DNA of 64,000 nt from Candidatus Latescibacterota bacterium (lineage in GTDB: Bacteria; Latescibacterota; UBA2968; UBA8231). The notes beneath the pieces are model-generated. The model made no database searches. It had not been told where the DNA came from and saw nothing but the letters and a program-made list of their open reading frames with translations. Of the stretch, positions 31,544 to 41,088 are shown one piece after another. Position 1 is the first letter of the stretch, and each line of letters starts with the position of its first letter. The stretch is taken from NCBI GenBank assembly GCA_965242865.1, contig CBDETK010000013.1:3712001-3776000 (forward strand). Reading direction: 5' to 3'. The position numbers and the translations under genes are program-made.

Positions 31544-31787
31544 GGTTTACTTCCTCTATTATCGCGGCAACGTCATACTGAAATACGGAGACCTCGAACC
31601 GGCCCAGTGCCGAGATGAATTGGCTGCGAGATAGCCCGGAAATCTCGGCCGCCCGACTTTGGGAAACCAGCCCCATCTCGTACCATTTGACAGCGGCAGC
31701 CAAACGCAGCTCTTCGGCGAAACCGTCGGGGTCTTTTCGCACCGACGAGAACACGTCTTCCGACAGTTCAAAGGCAACCGTTACCAT
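31536..31787 (-). CDS. UPF0175-family antitoxin
   Basis: ELRLAAAVKWYE..SQSRAAEISGLSR; overlaps the toxin start. Confidence 0.88.
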   Translation of the reverse strand: MVTVAFELSEDVFSSVRKDPDGFAEELRLAAAVKWYEMGLVSQSRAAEISGLSRSQFISALGRFEVSVFQYDVAAIIEEVNRE

Positions 31788-31880
31788 GGGATTTTCTCCT
31801 GATTGATCAATCCTCAGCAGAGGCGGTCGTGCGGCGGACAAGCTCGAATAAAAAATGGGCTAGCCGCGTTCTCGCGTCGG

Positions 31881-31915
31881 GCAGACTTGAGATTGTCTGC
31901 TTGGGCGGATATAAT
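31881..31915 (+). promoter_or_regulatory. Near-consensus sigma70 promoter with a palindromic operator around the -35 box
   Basis: TTGAGA-17 nt-TATAAT; GCAGAC-N8-GTCTGC brackets the -35 box. Confidence 0.75.
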
Positions 31916-32072
31916 ATCCAAGGTACAAAGATGAAGATAAAAGAGAAACTCCTCGTCAAACTGCCTAGCAAAGCCCAAGAAGCACAGGAGACTTCACCGC
32001 CAACCGCCATCGGAATGAGGCGCGTGGGATTGGTCCAAAAAAGATGAAGAGCAAACGATTCTTGGAGGGGCA

Positions 32073-33668
32073 GTGATGACGCAGATGAGCATACCGGCGG
32101 AGCAAGCGGCTAGACGCAAGCTGCCCATCGGCATGCAGACCTTCCGCCAGCTTCGCGAAGAGAACTGCTACTATATCGACAAGACAGCCTATATCCGGCG
32201 GCTGCTGGACGAGGGCAAGCACTACTTCCTGTCGCGTCCGCGCCGCTTTGGCAAGAGCCTTTTCCTCGACACCTTGAAGGAGCTATTTGAGGGCAACGAA
32301 GTGCTGTTTGAGGGCCTCGACATCCACGGCCGTTGGGACTGGTCTGTTCGCTATCCGGTCGTGCGCCTGAGCTTTGGCAGCGGCCACTTCACGGAGCCGG
32401 GCCACCTATATACGAACCTCATGGCGCAGTTGGACGCTTGCGAACGTCGAGCCAGCCTCGCGCCGGAATACGCCACGGGACCGGAGCGATTCAGGCGTCT
32501 GATCGAGGCACTGCACGATCGCGCTGGTCAGCCGGTGGCCGTTCTGGTCGATGAATACGACAAACCGATTTTGGACACCCTAGAGGAGCCGGAGATCGCC
32601 CGCGCCAACCGCGACTTTCTGCGCGGCCTGTATGCGGCGATCAAGGACAGCGACGCGCACATCAAGTTCACTTTCCTCACCGGGGTCAGCAAATTCTCCA
32701 AAGTAAGCCTGTTTTCCGGCCTCAATAACCTCAAGGACATCACCCTCGACGCCCGCTACTCGGCGGTGTGCGGTTACACCGAGGCCGACATAGACGCGGT
32801 ATTCGCGCCGGAACTGCCGGGCTTGGACCGAGACGAGGTCCGCGGCTGGTACAACGGCTACAGTTGGCTAGGCGACGAGACGGTCTATAACCCCTTCGAC
32901 ATCCTCCTGCTCTTCGACAAGCGGCAGTTCGGGGCCTATTGGTTTGAGACCGGTACGCCGACGTTCCTAATTGAGACCTTGTTCAAACGCCGCGTCAGTT
33001 CCCTAAAACTCGACGAGCTGGTGGGCACCAGCGACCTGCTCTCGACCTTTGATGTAGAAGACATCGCGACCGAGGCACTGTTGTTCCAGACCGGCTACCT
33101 GACTATCATCGCCGAGGAAGATCTAGGCGGAGAGCCGCTTTATCGACTAGGGTATCCCAACCGAGAGGTGCGCCAGAGCCTCAACCGGAGCCTACTGCGC
33201 TACTTGGTAAAGGACCCGTCGCGCCAGATGGAGAACAGCGTCCAACTATACCGACTGCTGGAGGCGAACGACTTCGAGGGGCTTCACAGGCTGTTCCAAG
33301 CATTTTTCGCCAGCATTCCCTACGAGTGGTACACGAACAACGACATCGTCAGCTACGAGGGGTACTACGCGAGCGTGTTTTACTCCTATTTCGCGGCCTT
33401 GGGGCTCGATGTCGCAGTGGAGGACAGCAGCAGCCACGGCCGTCTGGTCATGGCAGTGTTATTCAACGGCAACGTGTACGTATTCGAATTCAAAGTGGTG
33501 GAGTTGATGCCCGAGGGCGCGGCCATGGCGCAATTGCAGGAGCGGCGGTACGCCGACCAGTACCGCGCTCGGGGCGAGCCGATTCACCTGATTGCAGTGG
33601 AGTTCAGCCGGGACAGCCGCAATGTCGCGGCGTTTGAGGTGGCAAGCGTACCGTGGGAGGATCCGTAG
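32073..33668 (+). CDS. AAA-ATPase-like protein with C-terminal PD-(D/E)XK_9 nuclease domain
   Basis: LPIGMQTF, YIDKT, SRPRRFGKSL, VLVDEYDKP, YNPF, YPNREV, FEFK. Confidence 0.92.
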   Translation: MMTQMSIPAEQAARRKLPIGMQTFRQLREENCYYIDKTAYIRRLLDEGKHYFLSRPRRFGKSLFLDTLKELFEGNEVLFEGLDIHGRWDWSVRYPVVRLSFGSGHFTEPGHLYTNLMAQLDACERRASLAPEYATGPERFRRLIEALHDRAGQPVAVLVDEYDKPILDTLEEPEIARANRDFLRGLYAAIKDSDAHIKFTFLTGVSKFSKVSLFSGLNNLKDITLDARYSAVCGYTEADIDAVFAPELPGLDRDEVRGWYNGYSWLGDETVYNPFDILLLFDKRQFGAYWFETGTPTFLIETLFKRRVSSLKLDELVGTSDLLSTFDVEDIATEALLFQTGYLTIIAEEDLGGEPLYRLGYPNREVRQSLNRSLLRYLVKDPSRQMENSVQLYRLLEANDFEGLHRLFQAFFASIPYEWYTNNDIVSYEGYYASVFYSYFAALGLDVAVEDSSSHGRLVMAVLFNGNVYVFEFKVVELMPEGAAMAQLQERRYADQYRARGEPIHLIAVEFSRDSRNVAAFEVASVPWEDP

Positions 33669-33669
33669 A

Positions 33670-34890
33670 ATGTCCATGCCCGCACTCGACGGCATCCGCG
33701 TCCTCGACTTTACCCAGGTGATCTTCGGCCCGGCCGCGACCCAAGTTTTGGCCGACCACGGCGCGGAAGTCATCAAGATAGAACGCCCGGACGGCGACCT
33801 AGCCCGCGCCTTTGGGCCGTGGGTACAGGAGCAAAGCCTGCCTTTTGCCAGCCTCAACCGCTCCAAGAAAAGCCTAGTGGTCGATCTCAAGAAGTCCGCT
33901 GGGCGTCAGATCGTCCACCGCCTGTTGGACAACACGGACGTGCTGGTCCACAACTTCCGCTCCGGTGCCGTCATGGCCAAGCTGGGGCTAGATTACGCGG
34001 CACTGCGGGAGCCATACCCGAGGCTCATCTATGCCGTTGGCTCGGGCTATGGCTCGCAAGGCCCGTACAGCGAGCGCAACAAGGGCGGCCACGAGTCCAT
34101 GGCCCAAGCACTGAGCGGCGTGGCGGCTCGCTTCGTCGGCCCCCACAACACGCCCCAGCGCTTGCCCTATACCGTGGCCGACTTCAACGGCGGCATGTTG
34201 CTGGCGCAGGGCATTCTCCTCGCGCTGTTGGCCCGCGAGCGCACGGGCACCGGGCAATACGTAGAAACCTCGCTCCTCGACGGCATGATCAGTATGCAGG
34301 CGTGGGCGACGACCAAAATTCTCAACTTGGGCGACGACGGAGAAGACGATGGCTCGGGCGGAGCCACGCATCCGCGCGGCAACCCGCTCGACGGAGCGGT
34401 GTTCAAAACGGCCGATGGCTTCTTGATGGTCACCGCGCTTTTCCGCCCCTTTGACCACCTGTTGCGCGACTTGCAGGAGGCCCTAGCGATTGAAGGGCTC
34501 GTCGGAGATCCGCGCTTTGCCACGCTCGCCGCGGCCGTAGAGCACCGTGCGGCCCTGCGAGAACGGCTCGTGCCGGTCTTCGCAGAAAAAACGAATGCCG
34601 AGTGGATTCCGCTGCTCGAAGCCAAGGACATCCTCGTCGCACCAGTGCGCTCGACCGCCGAGGCCCTAGCAGATCCTCAACTCGCGGTCAACGAGATGAT
34701 AGTCGAAGTCCAGCATCCGCAGGTAGGTGCTATGCGCCACGTTGGCACCCCCCTGCGGCTAGCGGGAACGCCCGCCCCCACCCCAGCCTCGGCCCCGCTA
34801 GCCGGGGAACACACCGAGGCCGTGCTGCGCGAGGCCGGGTACTCAGAACCCGAGATCGCCGCGTTGTACGAGCAGGACGTCATTTTCTGA
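33670..34890 (+). CDS. Family III CoA-transferase (CaiB/BaiF)
   Basis: LDGIRVLDFTQ, GAEVIKIE, NRSKKS, HNFR, VAD, AP.AGEHT. Confidence 0.93.
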   Translation: MSMPALDGIRVLDFTQVIFGPAATQVLADHGAEVIKIERPDGDLARAFGPWVQEQSLPFASLNRSKKSLVVDLKKSAGRQIVHRLLDNTDVLVHNFRSGAVMAKLGLDYAALREPYPRLIYAVGSGYGSQGPYSERNKGGHESMAQALSGVAARFVGPHNTPQRLPYTVADFNGGMLLAQGILLALLARERTGTGQYVETSLLDGMISMQAWATTKILNLGDDGEDDGSGGATHPRGNPLDGAVFKTADGFLMVTALFRPFDHLLRDLQEALAIEGLVGDPRFATLAAAVEHRAALRERLVPVFAEKTNAEWIPLLEAKDILVAPVRSTAEALADPQLAVNEMIVEVQHPQVGAMRHVGTPLRLAGTPAPTPASAPLAGEHTEAVLREAGYSEPEIAALYEQDVIF

Positions 34891-35888
34891 TGGAACAGGA
34901 ACAGATGACCAACATTGTGCGCTATGGGCTGTTGGGCACCGCCCAGATTGCCCTCAACCGCCACCTGCCGGCCGCGCAGGCCACAGACCATGCCGAGATC
35001 GCCGCCGTATCGAGCCGGGACCCAGCCAAGGCCGAAGCGAGCGCGGCCCAATGGGGCATTGCCAAGGCGTACGGCTCGTACCAAGCCGTGCTGGACGACC
35101 CCGAAATCGACGCGGTCATCAACCCCTTGCCCAATAGCATGCACTGCGAGTGGACGGTCAAGGCCGCGCAGGCCGGCAAGCACATCCTCTGCGAAAAGCC
35201 GCTCGCCGTTACGGTGGCCCAAGTGCAGCAGATGATCGACGCGGCTGAAGCCAACGGCGTGCTCTTAACCGAGGCCTTCACCCACCGCCTCAATCCGCAG
35301 TTGCAGTGTGCGCGTCGGCTGGTACAGCAGGGGGAGATCGGCGAGGTAAAGTTGGCGCGGGCCGAGCTGACCTTTGGCATCCGCGATTGGGCCACCGACA
35401 TCCGGGCCAAGCGCGAATTGGGCGGAGGCGCGCTCTGGGATGCTGGGTGCTACTGCGTCAGCGCAGTGCGCTTTGTGCTCAATGCCGAGCCAGTGGCCGC
35501 GCAGGCTTTTCAGCATCTGCGCCAGGGCGTGGATGCGACCTTGGCCGGGTTGTTGCGCTTTCCCGGCGACCGGGTCGCCTATATCGCGGCCGGCATGGAG
35601 GAGCCGTTTCGTTGCGTGTTGGAGATCGTCGGCAGCCACGGCGCGGTTCGCGTCCCCAACATGTTCGACGAGCAGGCCGCGGTCCATATCGCCATTGGCA
35701 ACGACGAGCGCGTGGAGACCTTCTCCGGGCCGGATCGCTTTCAAGTCCAGCTAGCGCGTTTTTCTAGTTGTATTCTTCAAGGCAAGACCCCGGAATTCCC
35801 TCCCGCAGATGGCCTCAAGAACGTGGCCGCGCTATGGGCGTTGAAGCAGGCCGCCGAATCGGGAAGCCTCGTTGAAATACCGTCTTGA
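34890..35888 (+). CDS. Gfo/Idh/MocA-family oxidoreductase
   Basis: YGLLGTAQIA, GKHILCEKPLA, GGGALWDAGCY. Confidence 0.92.
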   Translation: MEQEQMTNIVRYGLLGTAQIALNRHLPAAQATDHAEIAAVSSRDPAKAEASAAQWGIAKAYGSYQAVLDDPEIDAVINPLPNSMHCEWTVKAAQAGKHILCEKPLAVTVAQVQQMIDAAEANGVLLTEAFTHRLNPQLQCARRLVQQGEIGEVKLARAELTFGIRDWATDIRAKRELGGGALWDAGCYCVSAVRFVLNAEPVAAQAFQHLRQGVDATLAGLLRFPGDRVAYIAAGMEEPFRCVLEIVGSHGAVRVPNMFDEQAAVHIAIGNDERVETFSGPDRFQVQLARFSSCILQGKTPEFPPADGLKNVAALWALKQAAESGSLVEIPS

Positions 35889-35891
35889 GCA

Positions 35892-36686
35892 ATGGCCCCC
35901 TACGAGTTCATCCGCTACGAACAACGCGACCACGTCGCCACAGTGACCCTCAACCGCCCCGAGGTGCTCAACGCCATCCACCCGCCCATGGCCGAGGAAC
36001 TGGCCGACGCTTGGGAGCGGATCCGCGACGACGATAGCGTGTGGGTCGGGGTTTTGACCGGCAGCGGCGCGCGGGCATTTTGCGCGGGCTCCGATCTGAA
36101 GTGGCGGGCTGAAGCCGGCGAGGCCGCACGCCGCCACAGCCGCGCCGAGGCCAGCGGCGCGGCGCGGGGTTTCCAACGGGGCCGCGACTGCTATAAGCCG
36201 CTGTTGGCCGTGGTCAATGGCTATGCAGTGGGCGGCGGGTTGGAGCTAGTCTTGGGGTGCGATTTGGTGGTGGCGGCCGAACACGCGCAGTTGGGGTTGC
36301 CCGAAGCGCGGCGCGGGTTGCTGGCCGACGCCGGGGGCATCCACAAGCTCGTCCGGCGGCTGCCGTGGAGCGCGGCCATGCAGCTCATCCTGACCGGCGA
36401 ACTCATATCAGCGGAGGAGGCGCGGCGGATTGGGTTAGTCAATCAAGTGGTGCCAGCGGAGGGCCTGCCAGCGGCCGCCGAGCAGTGGGTGGAGGCGATT
36501 TTGGCATGTGCGCCCTTGGCCTTGCAAGCGGGGAAAGAGGCGGCCGTGCGGGGGTTGGAGTTGCCTTTGTGGGAAGCGGTCAACACGCGCTTTCCGCTGG
36601 CCGAGCGCATGTATGAATCGGACGATTTTGTCGAAGGACCAAAGGCGTTTACCGAGAAGCGGAAGCCCGTGTGGAAGGGAAAGTAG
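35892..36686 (+). CDS. Enoyl-CoA hydratase/crotonase (CaiD-like)
   Basis: LNRPEVLNA, AFCAGSDL, VNGYAVGGGLE, GLPE, KRKPVWKG. Confidence 0.93.
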   Translation: MAPYEFIRYEQRDHVATVTLNRPEVLNAIHPPMAEELADAWERIRDDDSVWVGVLTGSGARAFCAGSDLKWRAEAGEAARRHSRAEASGAARGFQRGRDCYKPLLAVVNGYAVGGGLELVLGCDLVVAAEHAQLGLPEARRGLLADAGGIHKLVRRLPWSAAMQLILTGELISAEEARRIGLVNQVVPAEGLPAAAEQWVEAILACAPLALQAGKEAAVRGLELPLWEAVNTRFPLAERMYESDDFVEGPKAFTEKRKPVWKGK

Positions 36687-36727
36687 GAAAGGTGCCGCGC
36701 ACACTTCAACGAGGAGAAAGCACTGCC

Positions 36728-37609
36728 GTGGAAAAATTTGCCCCTTTGAACATGTCCCCAGAAGAGCTAATCGAGTACACCCCGGAATGGCCGGGCGAAC
36801 GCTCTGCCGATGGCCGCCCCAAGGTCCCCGACGACATCCTAGAGCGCATGCACAACGTCAGCATTACCCAAGCCTGGGGCGTCTTGCGCGGCCCCGGCTA
36901 CAACTGGCAGTACGAAGATGGCTGGATTTGTACGCATCCCGGCCAAGTGCTGGTGGGCCGCGCCCTGACGGCCGCGTACCTGCCGCGGCGGCCCGTCATG
37001 CGTCGGGTCATGGAAGCAAAAGGGGAACGGGCTGGCTGCATTGGCGACCAGATCTCGTGGCCCATTGATATGCTGGTGCCCGGGGATGTGTACGTAGCCG
37101 ACGTATTCGGCAAAATTGACCAAGGTGCGGTCATTGGTGACAACCTCGCCACCGCGATCTACGCCAATTCGGGCAACGGGGTGGTACACGATGCGGCGGT
37201 CCGCGACATCGACGGCATCCAAGCGCTGCCCAATTTCACCAGTTTCGTGCGCGGCTTTCACCCCACCTTTGCCTCGCCCACCATCATGCTGGCCGGGGTC
37301 AACTGCCCGGTGCGCATTGGCGGCGCCACGGTCATGCCCGGCGACGTAGTCCTCGGCCGCGACGACGGGGTCGTTTTCATCCCGCCGCATTTAGCCGAGC
37401 AGGTGGTCAAGACCTCCGAGTTGATCGCGCTCCGCGACCGCTTTGGCAAACAGCGCTTGGCCGAGGGGAAATACACGCCCGGCCAGATCGATACTCGTTG
37501 GTCCGACCCCATTGAGGAGGATTTCTCGCGCTGGCTAGAGAGCCATATTGACGAGCTACCCGTGCCGCGTGCCGCCATCCAAGCGTTGCTCAAGGAGCGG
37601 ACTTGGTGA
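36728..37609 (+). CDS. RraA/HMG-aldolase-family protein
   Basis: IGDNLA, VRDIDG, IGGATVMPGDVVLG.DDGVVFIP; GTG start after GAGGAG. Confidence 0.85.
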   Translation: MEKFAPLNMSPEELIEYTPEWPGERSADGRPKVPDDILERMHNVSITQAWGVLRGPGYNWQYEDGWICTHPGQVLVGRALTAAYLPRRPVMRRVMEAKGERAGCIGDQISWPIDMLVPGDVYVADVFGKIDQGAVIGDNLATAIYANSGNGVVHDAAVRDIDGIQALPNFTSFVRGFHPTFASPTIMLAGVNCPVRIGGATVMPGDVVLGRDDGVVFIPPHLAEQVVKTSELIALRDRFGKQRLAEGKYTPGQIDTRWSDPIEEDFSRWLESHIDELPVPRAAIQALLKERTW

Positions 37610-38363
37610 GTTCGGGCTGCTCGACTAATGTACCCGCCTTGAGAAAAGGCTCGGCGTTCCCCCAGAGTTTGCTGCCGTCGGCCGAGGTCAGGGGCTCGCA
37701 GGAGTACTGGGCCAAATACACGCGGCGCATCTGGTCGGTGGTGTTGGTGCCGCTGGAGTGGAAGTTGTAGCTGGTGAAGACGGCAATGCTGCCGGCCGGG
37801 GCGACGACCGAGATGCCGGGGTCGCGGCCGAAATAGCCGATCAAGTCGTTGCTCCCTTCCTCGCGGATGTGCTTGACCCAAGTGCGAATGCCCGACCGCG
37901 AAAAAGGCAGCAAGTGGACGGTGCCATTGGCCTCAGACATGTCGTCGAGGGCGCACCAACAGGTTAAATACGGCTTGTGATCCGGATAGCCGACGTAGCC
38001 CGAGTCTTGATGCCAAGAGAATTTCATGCCGGCCTCGGCCCCTTTGACCACGTATTGCTCCCAGAACAAGTAAGCGTCGTCGCCTAGGGTGGCTTGGCAG
38101 ATTGCGGCCATTAGGGGGCTGAAAAGGAACTCGCGCAGGCGCGGCTGCTCGCGGAAGCAATTGGACACAAAGTAGCGGCTGTTGCGGTGATTGAGGCCCA
38201 AGGTGTCCGTGCCTTCGGCATCCATCTGAGCGTTGGCTTTGTCGATGAAGGCTTGGCACTCGCCGCGCAGGAGGTCGAGGTGATGGGCGGGGATGGCGTT
38301 TTCGAGGATGAAATACCCCTCTTCTCTGAATTGCTGCTTTTGGGCGTCGGTGCTCGGGTGCAT
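37590..38363 (-). CDS. PhyH-family dioxygenase
   Basis: EQYVVK, WHQDSGY, ALDD..EANG, HSSGTNTT..RR. Confidence 0.92.
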   Translation of the reverse strand: MHPSTDAQKQQFREEGYFILENAIPAHHLDLLRGECQAFIDKANAQMDAEGTDTLGLNHRNSRYFVSNCFREQPRLREFLFSPLMAAICQATLGDDAYLFWEQYVVKGAEAGMKFSWHQDSGYVGYPDHKPYLTCWCALDDMSEANGTVHLLPFSRSGIRTWVKHIREEGSNDLIGYFGRDPGISVVAPAGSIAVFTSYNFHSSGTNTTDQMRRVYLAQYSCEPLTSADGSKLWGNAEPFLKAGTLVEQPELTKSAP

Positions 38364-38409
38364 GAGTTGCTCCGGTCGATTGCATTGAATGGAAGTGGAT
38401 GCGATAGAC

Positions 38410-38436
38410 GTCATTCCCGCGCAAGCGGGAATCCAG
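38410..38436 (+). repeat. REP/dRS3-like palindrome
   Basis: GTCATTCCCGCGCAAGCGGGAATCCAG matches ATTCCC-N8-GGGAAT; related copies near 43860 and 45141. Confidence 0.8.
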
Positions 38437-38545
38437 TCTTGAGTAATGTAGGATTGCTATATACTGATAGGCAGAACCCACGAAACGTGCAAGCCTGGTA
38501 CGCACACGGAAACAAGCGGCCCAATCAAACGCAGGTGCAGCTAAA

Positions 38546-39157
38546 ATGGAAACCCCGGCAATAGTTGAAGCACTGGAACTGACTTCTTGGTGGGAGGTGC
38601 CGGCCGTCGTCTTGGCCATTCTCTACTTGGTCTTGGCGGCGCGGGAAAACATCTGGTGTTGGGCAGCGGCTTTCGCCAGTACCGCGATTTACACCTACGT
38701 CTTCTTCGACGTCAATCTGTACCTAGAGTCGGCCCTACAGATTTACTACTTGGCCATGGCGGTCTATGGCTGGTATCAATGGCGGCATCCCGCCGATCGA
38801 TCCTCAACCCTGCCCATTTCTACTTGGTCGCTCAAAAAGCACGGTGGGGTCATTGCTGGGACAGCGGTTGTCGTGGTGCTGTCCGGTCATCTATTAGACA
38901 AAAACACCGAGGCCGCCCTGCCCTATCTGGACGCCTTCACCACTTGGTATGCGGTGGTGACGACCTATATGGTGGCCAAGAAAATTTTGGAGAACTGGGG
39001 GTACTGGTTTGTCATCGACAGCGCATTGGTGTATCTCTCCTACAGCCGCGGGCTTTACCTGACCGCTTTGTTGTATGTCGCGTATCTAATTATCATCGTC
39101 TTTGGCTATCTGAAATGGAAAAAGGAGTACGACCAAAATGCCCCAACCCGCCCTTAA
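38546..39157 (+). CDS. pnuC: PnuC-family vitamin/nicotinamide riboside transporter
   Basis: ENIWCW, YGWYQW, PYLDAFTT, KILENW.YW. Confidence 0.9.
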   Translation: METPAIVEALELTSWWEVPAVVLAILYLVLAARENIWCWAAAFASTAIYTYVFFDVNLYLESALQIYYLAMAVYGWYQWRHPADRSSTLPISTWSLKKHGGVIAGTAVVVVLSGHLLDKNTEAALPYLDAFTTWYAVVTTYMVAKKILENWGYWFVIDSALVYLSYSRGLYLTALLYVAYLIIIVFGYLKWKKEYDQNAPTRP

Positions 39158-40025
39158 AGAAGAACTGAGCAAACGAGCAGAGACCTGCGGGCCGGTGGCC
39201 ATCCAAGGGCACACCGGGTCGTTTAGCGAAGCGGCGGCGCGGGCTTATTTTTCTCCCGACCCACAACTGGCACCCCAGCCCGATTTCAAGGCACTTTTTG
39301 CCGCCGTGGAAGACGAGTCTTGCGCTTGCGGAGTCGTGCCCATTGAGAACTCGCTGATGGGCAGCATTCACGAAAACTACGACTTGCTGCTGCAAAGCGA
39401 TGTCCACATCGTCGGCGAAATCAAGCTGCGGATCGTTCACAACCTCATCGTCAACCGAGGCGTGCAGCTAGCGGACATCCGCTACATCGCGTCGCAGCCG
39501 CCGGCCTTGGCCCAATGCACTCGCTTCATTCACTCGTTGGCAGGGGCTCAGACGATAGCGGCCGATGATACGGCCGGCGCGGTCAAAGAGCTGGCCGCCA
39601 GCGGCGCCCGCGACCGAGGGGCCATAGCCGGTGTGCAGGCGGCCGCCGCGTACGGACTGGAGGTGCTCGTCTCCGGCATTGAGGACGCTCCGCACAATTT
39701 TACGCGCTTTTTGGTGGTGAGCCGCCGAGCGGCGTCCGCGCCGGCCGAGCCAGCCAAAGCCACGCTCGTCTTTGGGCTAAGGGATGTGCCGGGTGCGCTG
39801 TGCCGGAGCCTCGCGGCCTTTGCCGAGCGCGGTATCAACCTGCTCAAAATCGAGTCGCGGCCCATGCCCGAACGGCCTTGGGAATACGTCTTCTATCTCG
39901 ATTTAGAGGGCCACTTGGAGCAGGCGGCTTGCGCCCAAGCTGTGGAGCACTTGCAGGAGACCACCGAATTCGTCCGCCTCTTGGGCTCGTACCGGCAGGG
40001 AGAGACCGTTGAGGACCTAAGGTAA
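39138..40025 (+). CDS. pheA: Prephenate dehydratase with ACT domain
   Basis: VVPIENS, ALAQC, NFTRFLV, INLLKIESRP, YVFYLD. Confidence 0.93.
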   Translation: MPQPALKEELSKRAETCGPVAIQGHTGSFSEAAARAYFSPDPQLAPQPDFKALFAAVEDESCACGVVPIENSLMGSIHENYDLLLQSDVHIVGEIKLRIVHNLIVNRGVQLADIRYIASQPPALAQCTRFIHSLAGAQTIAADDTAGAVKELAASGARDRGAIAGVQAAAAYGLEVLVSGIEDAPHNFTRFLVVSRRAASAPAEPAKATLVFGLRDVPGALCRSLAAFAERGINLLKIESRPMPERPWEYVFYLDLEGHLEQAACAQAVEHLQETTEFVRLLGSYRQGETVEDLR

Positions 40026-40134
40026 GCCCTTACTACGCGACACCAGCGGCCCGCCTTCCAAGGGTCGAGAGCGGGACGCCCTCGATCCCGGACAGAACAC
40101 CAGAAAAGGCAGACCTAAAGCAGGGGTCGTTACC

Positions 40135-41088
40135 TCAAGCACCTGCGGCGCGGGTGCGAACTTGGTCGAGGCCGACGGCCAACAGGAGCACTGCACCGCG
40201 CGTTACATCCTGCCAGAAGCTAGACACATCCATCAGGGTCAGCCCGTTGTTGAGGGTGCCGAGCAAGAGCACCGCCAACAAGGTCCCCCACACCGTGCCG
40301 CGCCCCCCGAAGAGACTCGTGCCGCCCAAGATGACGGCCGCGATCACCGTCAACAGGTGCTGCCCGGCCGCGTCGGGTGCGGCTGCGTAGAGCATGGCCG
40401 CCAAAATTAGGCCGCTGACCGCGCCGCTGAGGCCGGAGAGAACGTAGAGGATCATCAGGGTGCGGGCGACCGGGACGCCGACGAGGCGGCTGGCCTCGGG
40501 GTTGCTGCCGGCGGCATAGACGAAGCGGCCAAATCGGGTCCGCGCTAGGACCCAGCCGAGCGCGATATAAACCAACAGCATCAGCACCAGCGGCACTGGC
40601 AGCCGCAAAAGCTGGCCGCTGCCGATCCAGTTGAAACCGGGTTCCATCAGCGGTTTGGTTAGCCCGCCGGTCAAGACTAGGGCCAACCCGCCGATGACGC
40701 TCATCGTGCCCAAGGTGGCGATGAGCGGATTGATCCCGAGGCGCACGGCCAGCAGGCCATTGAGCAGCCCGATGCCTCCGCCCAGTGCTAAAGCGGCGAG
40801 ACAGGCCGCGACCATGCCGACGCCCGCGGCGTGGAGCAGGGCGACGACGACTCCAGCGAGCCCGGCGACCGCGGCCACCGACAGATCGAGCCCTCCGGCG
40901 ATAATCAGCGGCGTTTGCAACGCGCACATCAATCCGATAAAGGCCATGTTGACGCCGATGCTCATCATATTGTCAAAGGACAAAAACCAAGGCGAGAGGA
41001 CGCTGAAAAGCCCGGCGACCAAGAGGTAGAACGCCAACAACAAGGCGACGCCCGCACCGGAGCGGTTCAATAAGGCGGCGATGCTCAT
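40135..41088 (-). CDS. Sugar ABC transporter permease (RbsC-like)
   Basis: GLDLSV, IATLG, GRFVYAAGSNPEASRLVG, IAAVILGGTSL. Confidence 0.93.
   Translation of the reverse strand: MSIAALLNRSGAGVALLLAFYLLVAGLFSVLSPWFLSFDNMMSIGVNMAFIGLMCALQTPLIIAGGLDLSVAAVAGLAGVVVALLHAAGVGMVAACLAALALGGGIGLLNGLLAVRLGINPLIATLGTMSVIGGLALVLTGGLTKPLMEPGFNWIGSGQLLRLPVPLVLMLLVYIALGWVLARTRFGRFVYAAGSNPEASRLVGVPVARTLMILYVLSGLSGAVSGLILAAMLYAAAPDAAGQHLLTVIAAVILGGTSLFGGRGTVWGTLLAVLLLGTLNNGLTLMDVSSFWQDVTRGAVLLLAVGLDQVRTRAAGA

Noticed and set aside
40062-40089. Hairpin GGGTCGAG...CTCGATCCC between convergent genes
   Set aside because: Single copy in the window with no U-tract; cannot separate a REP from a terminator.
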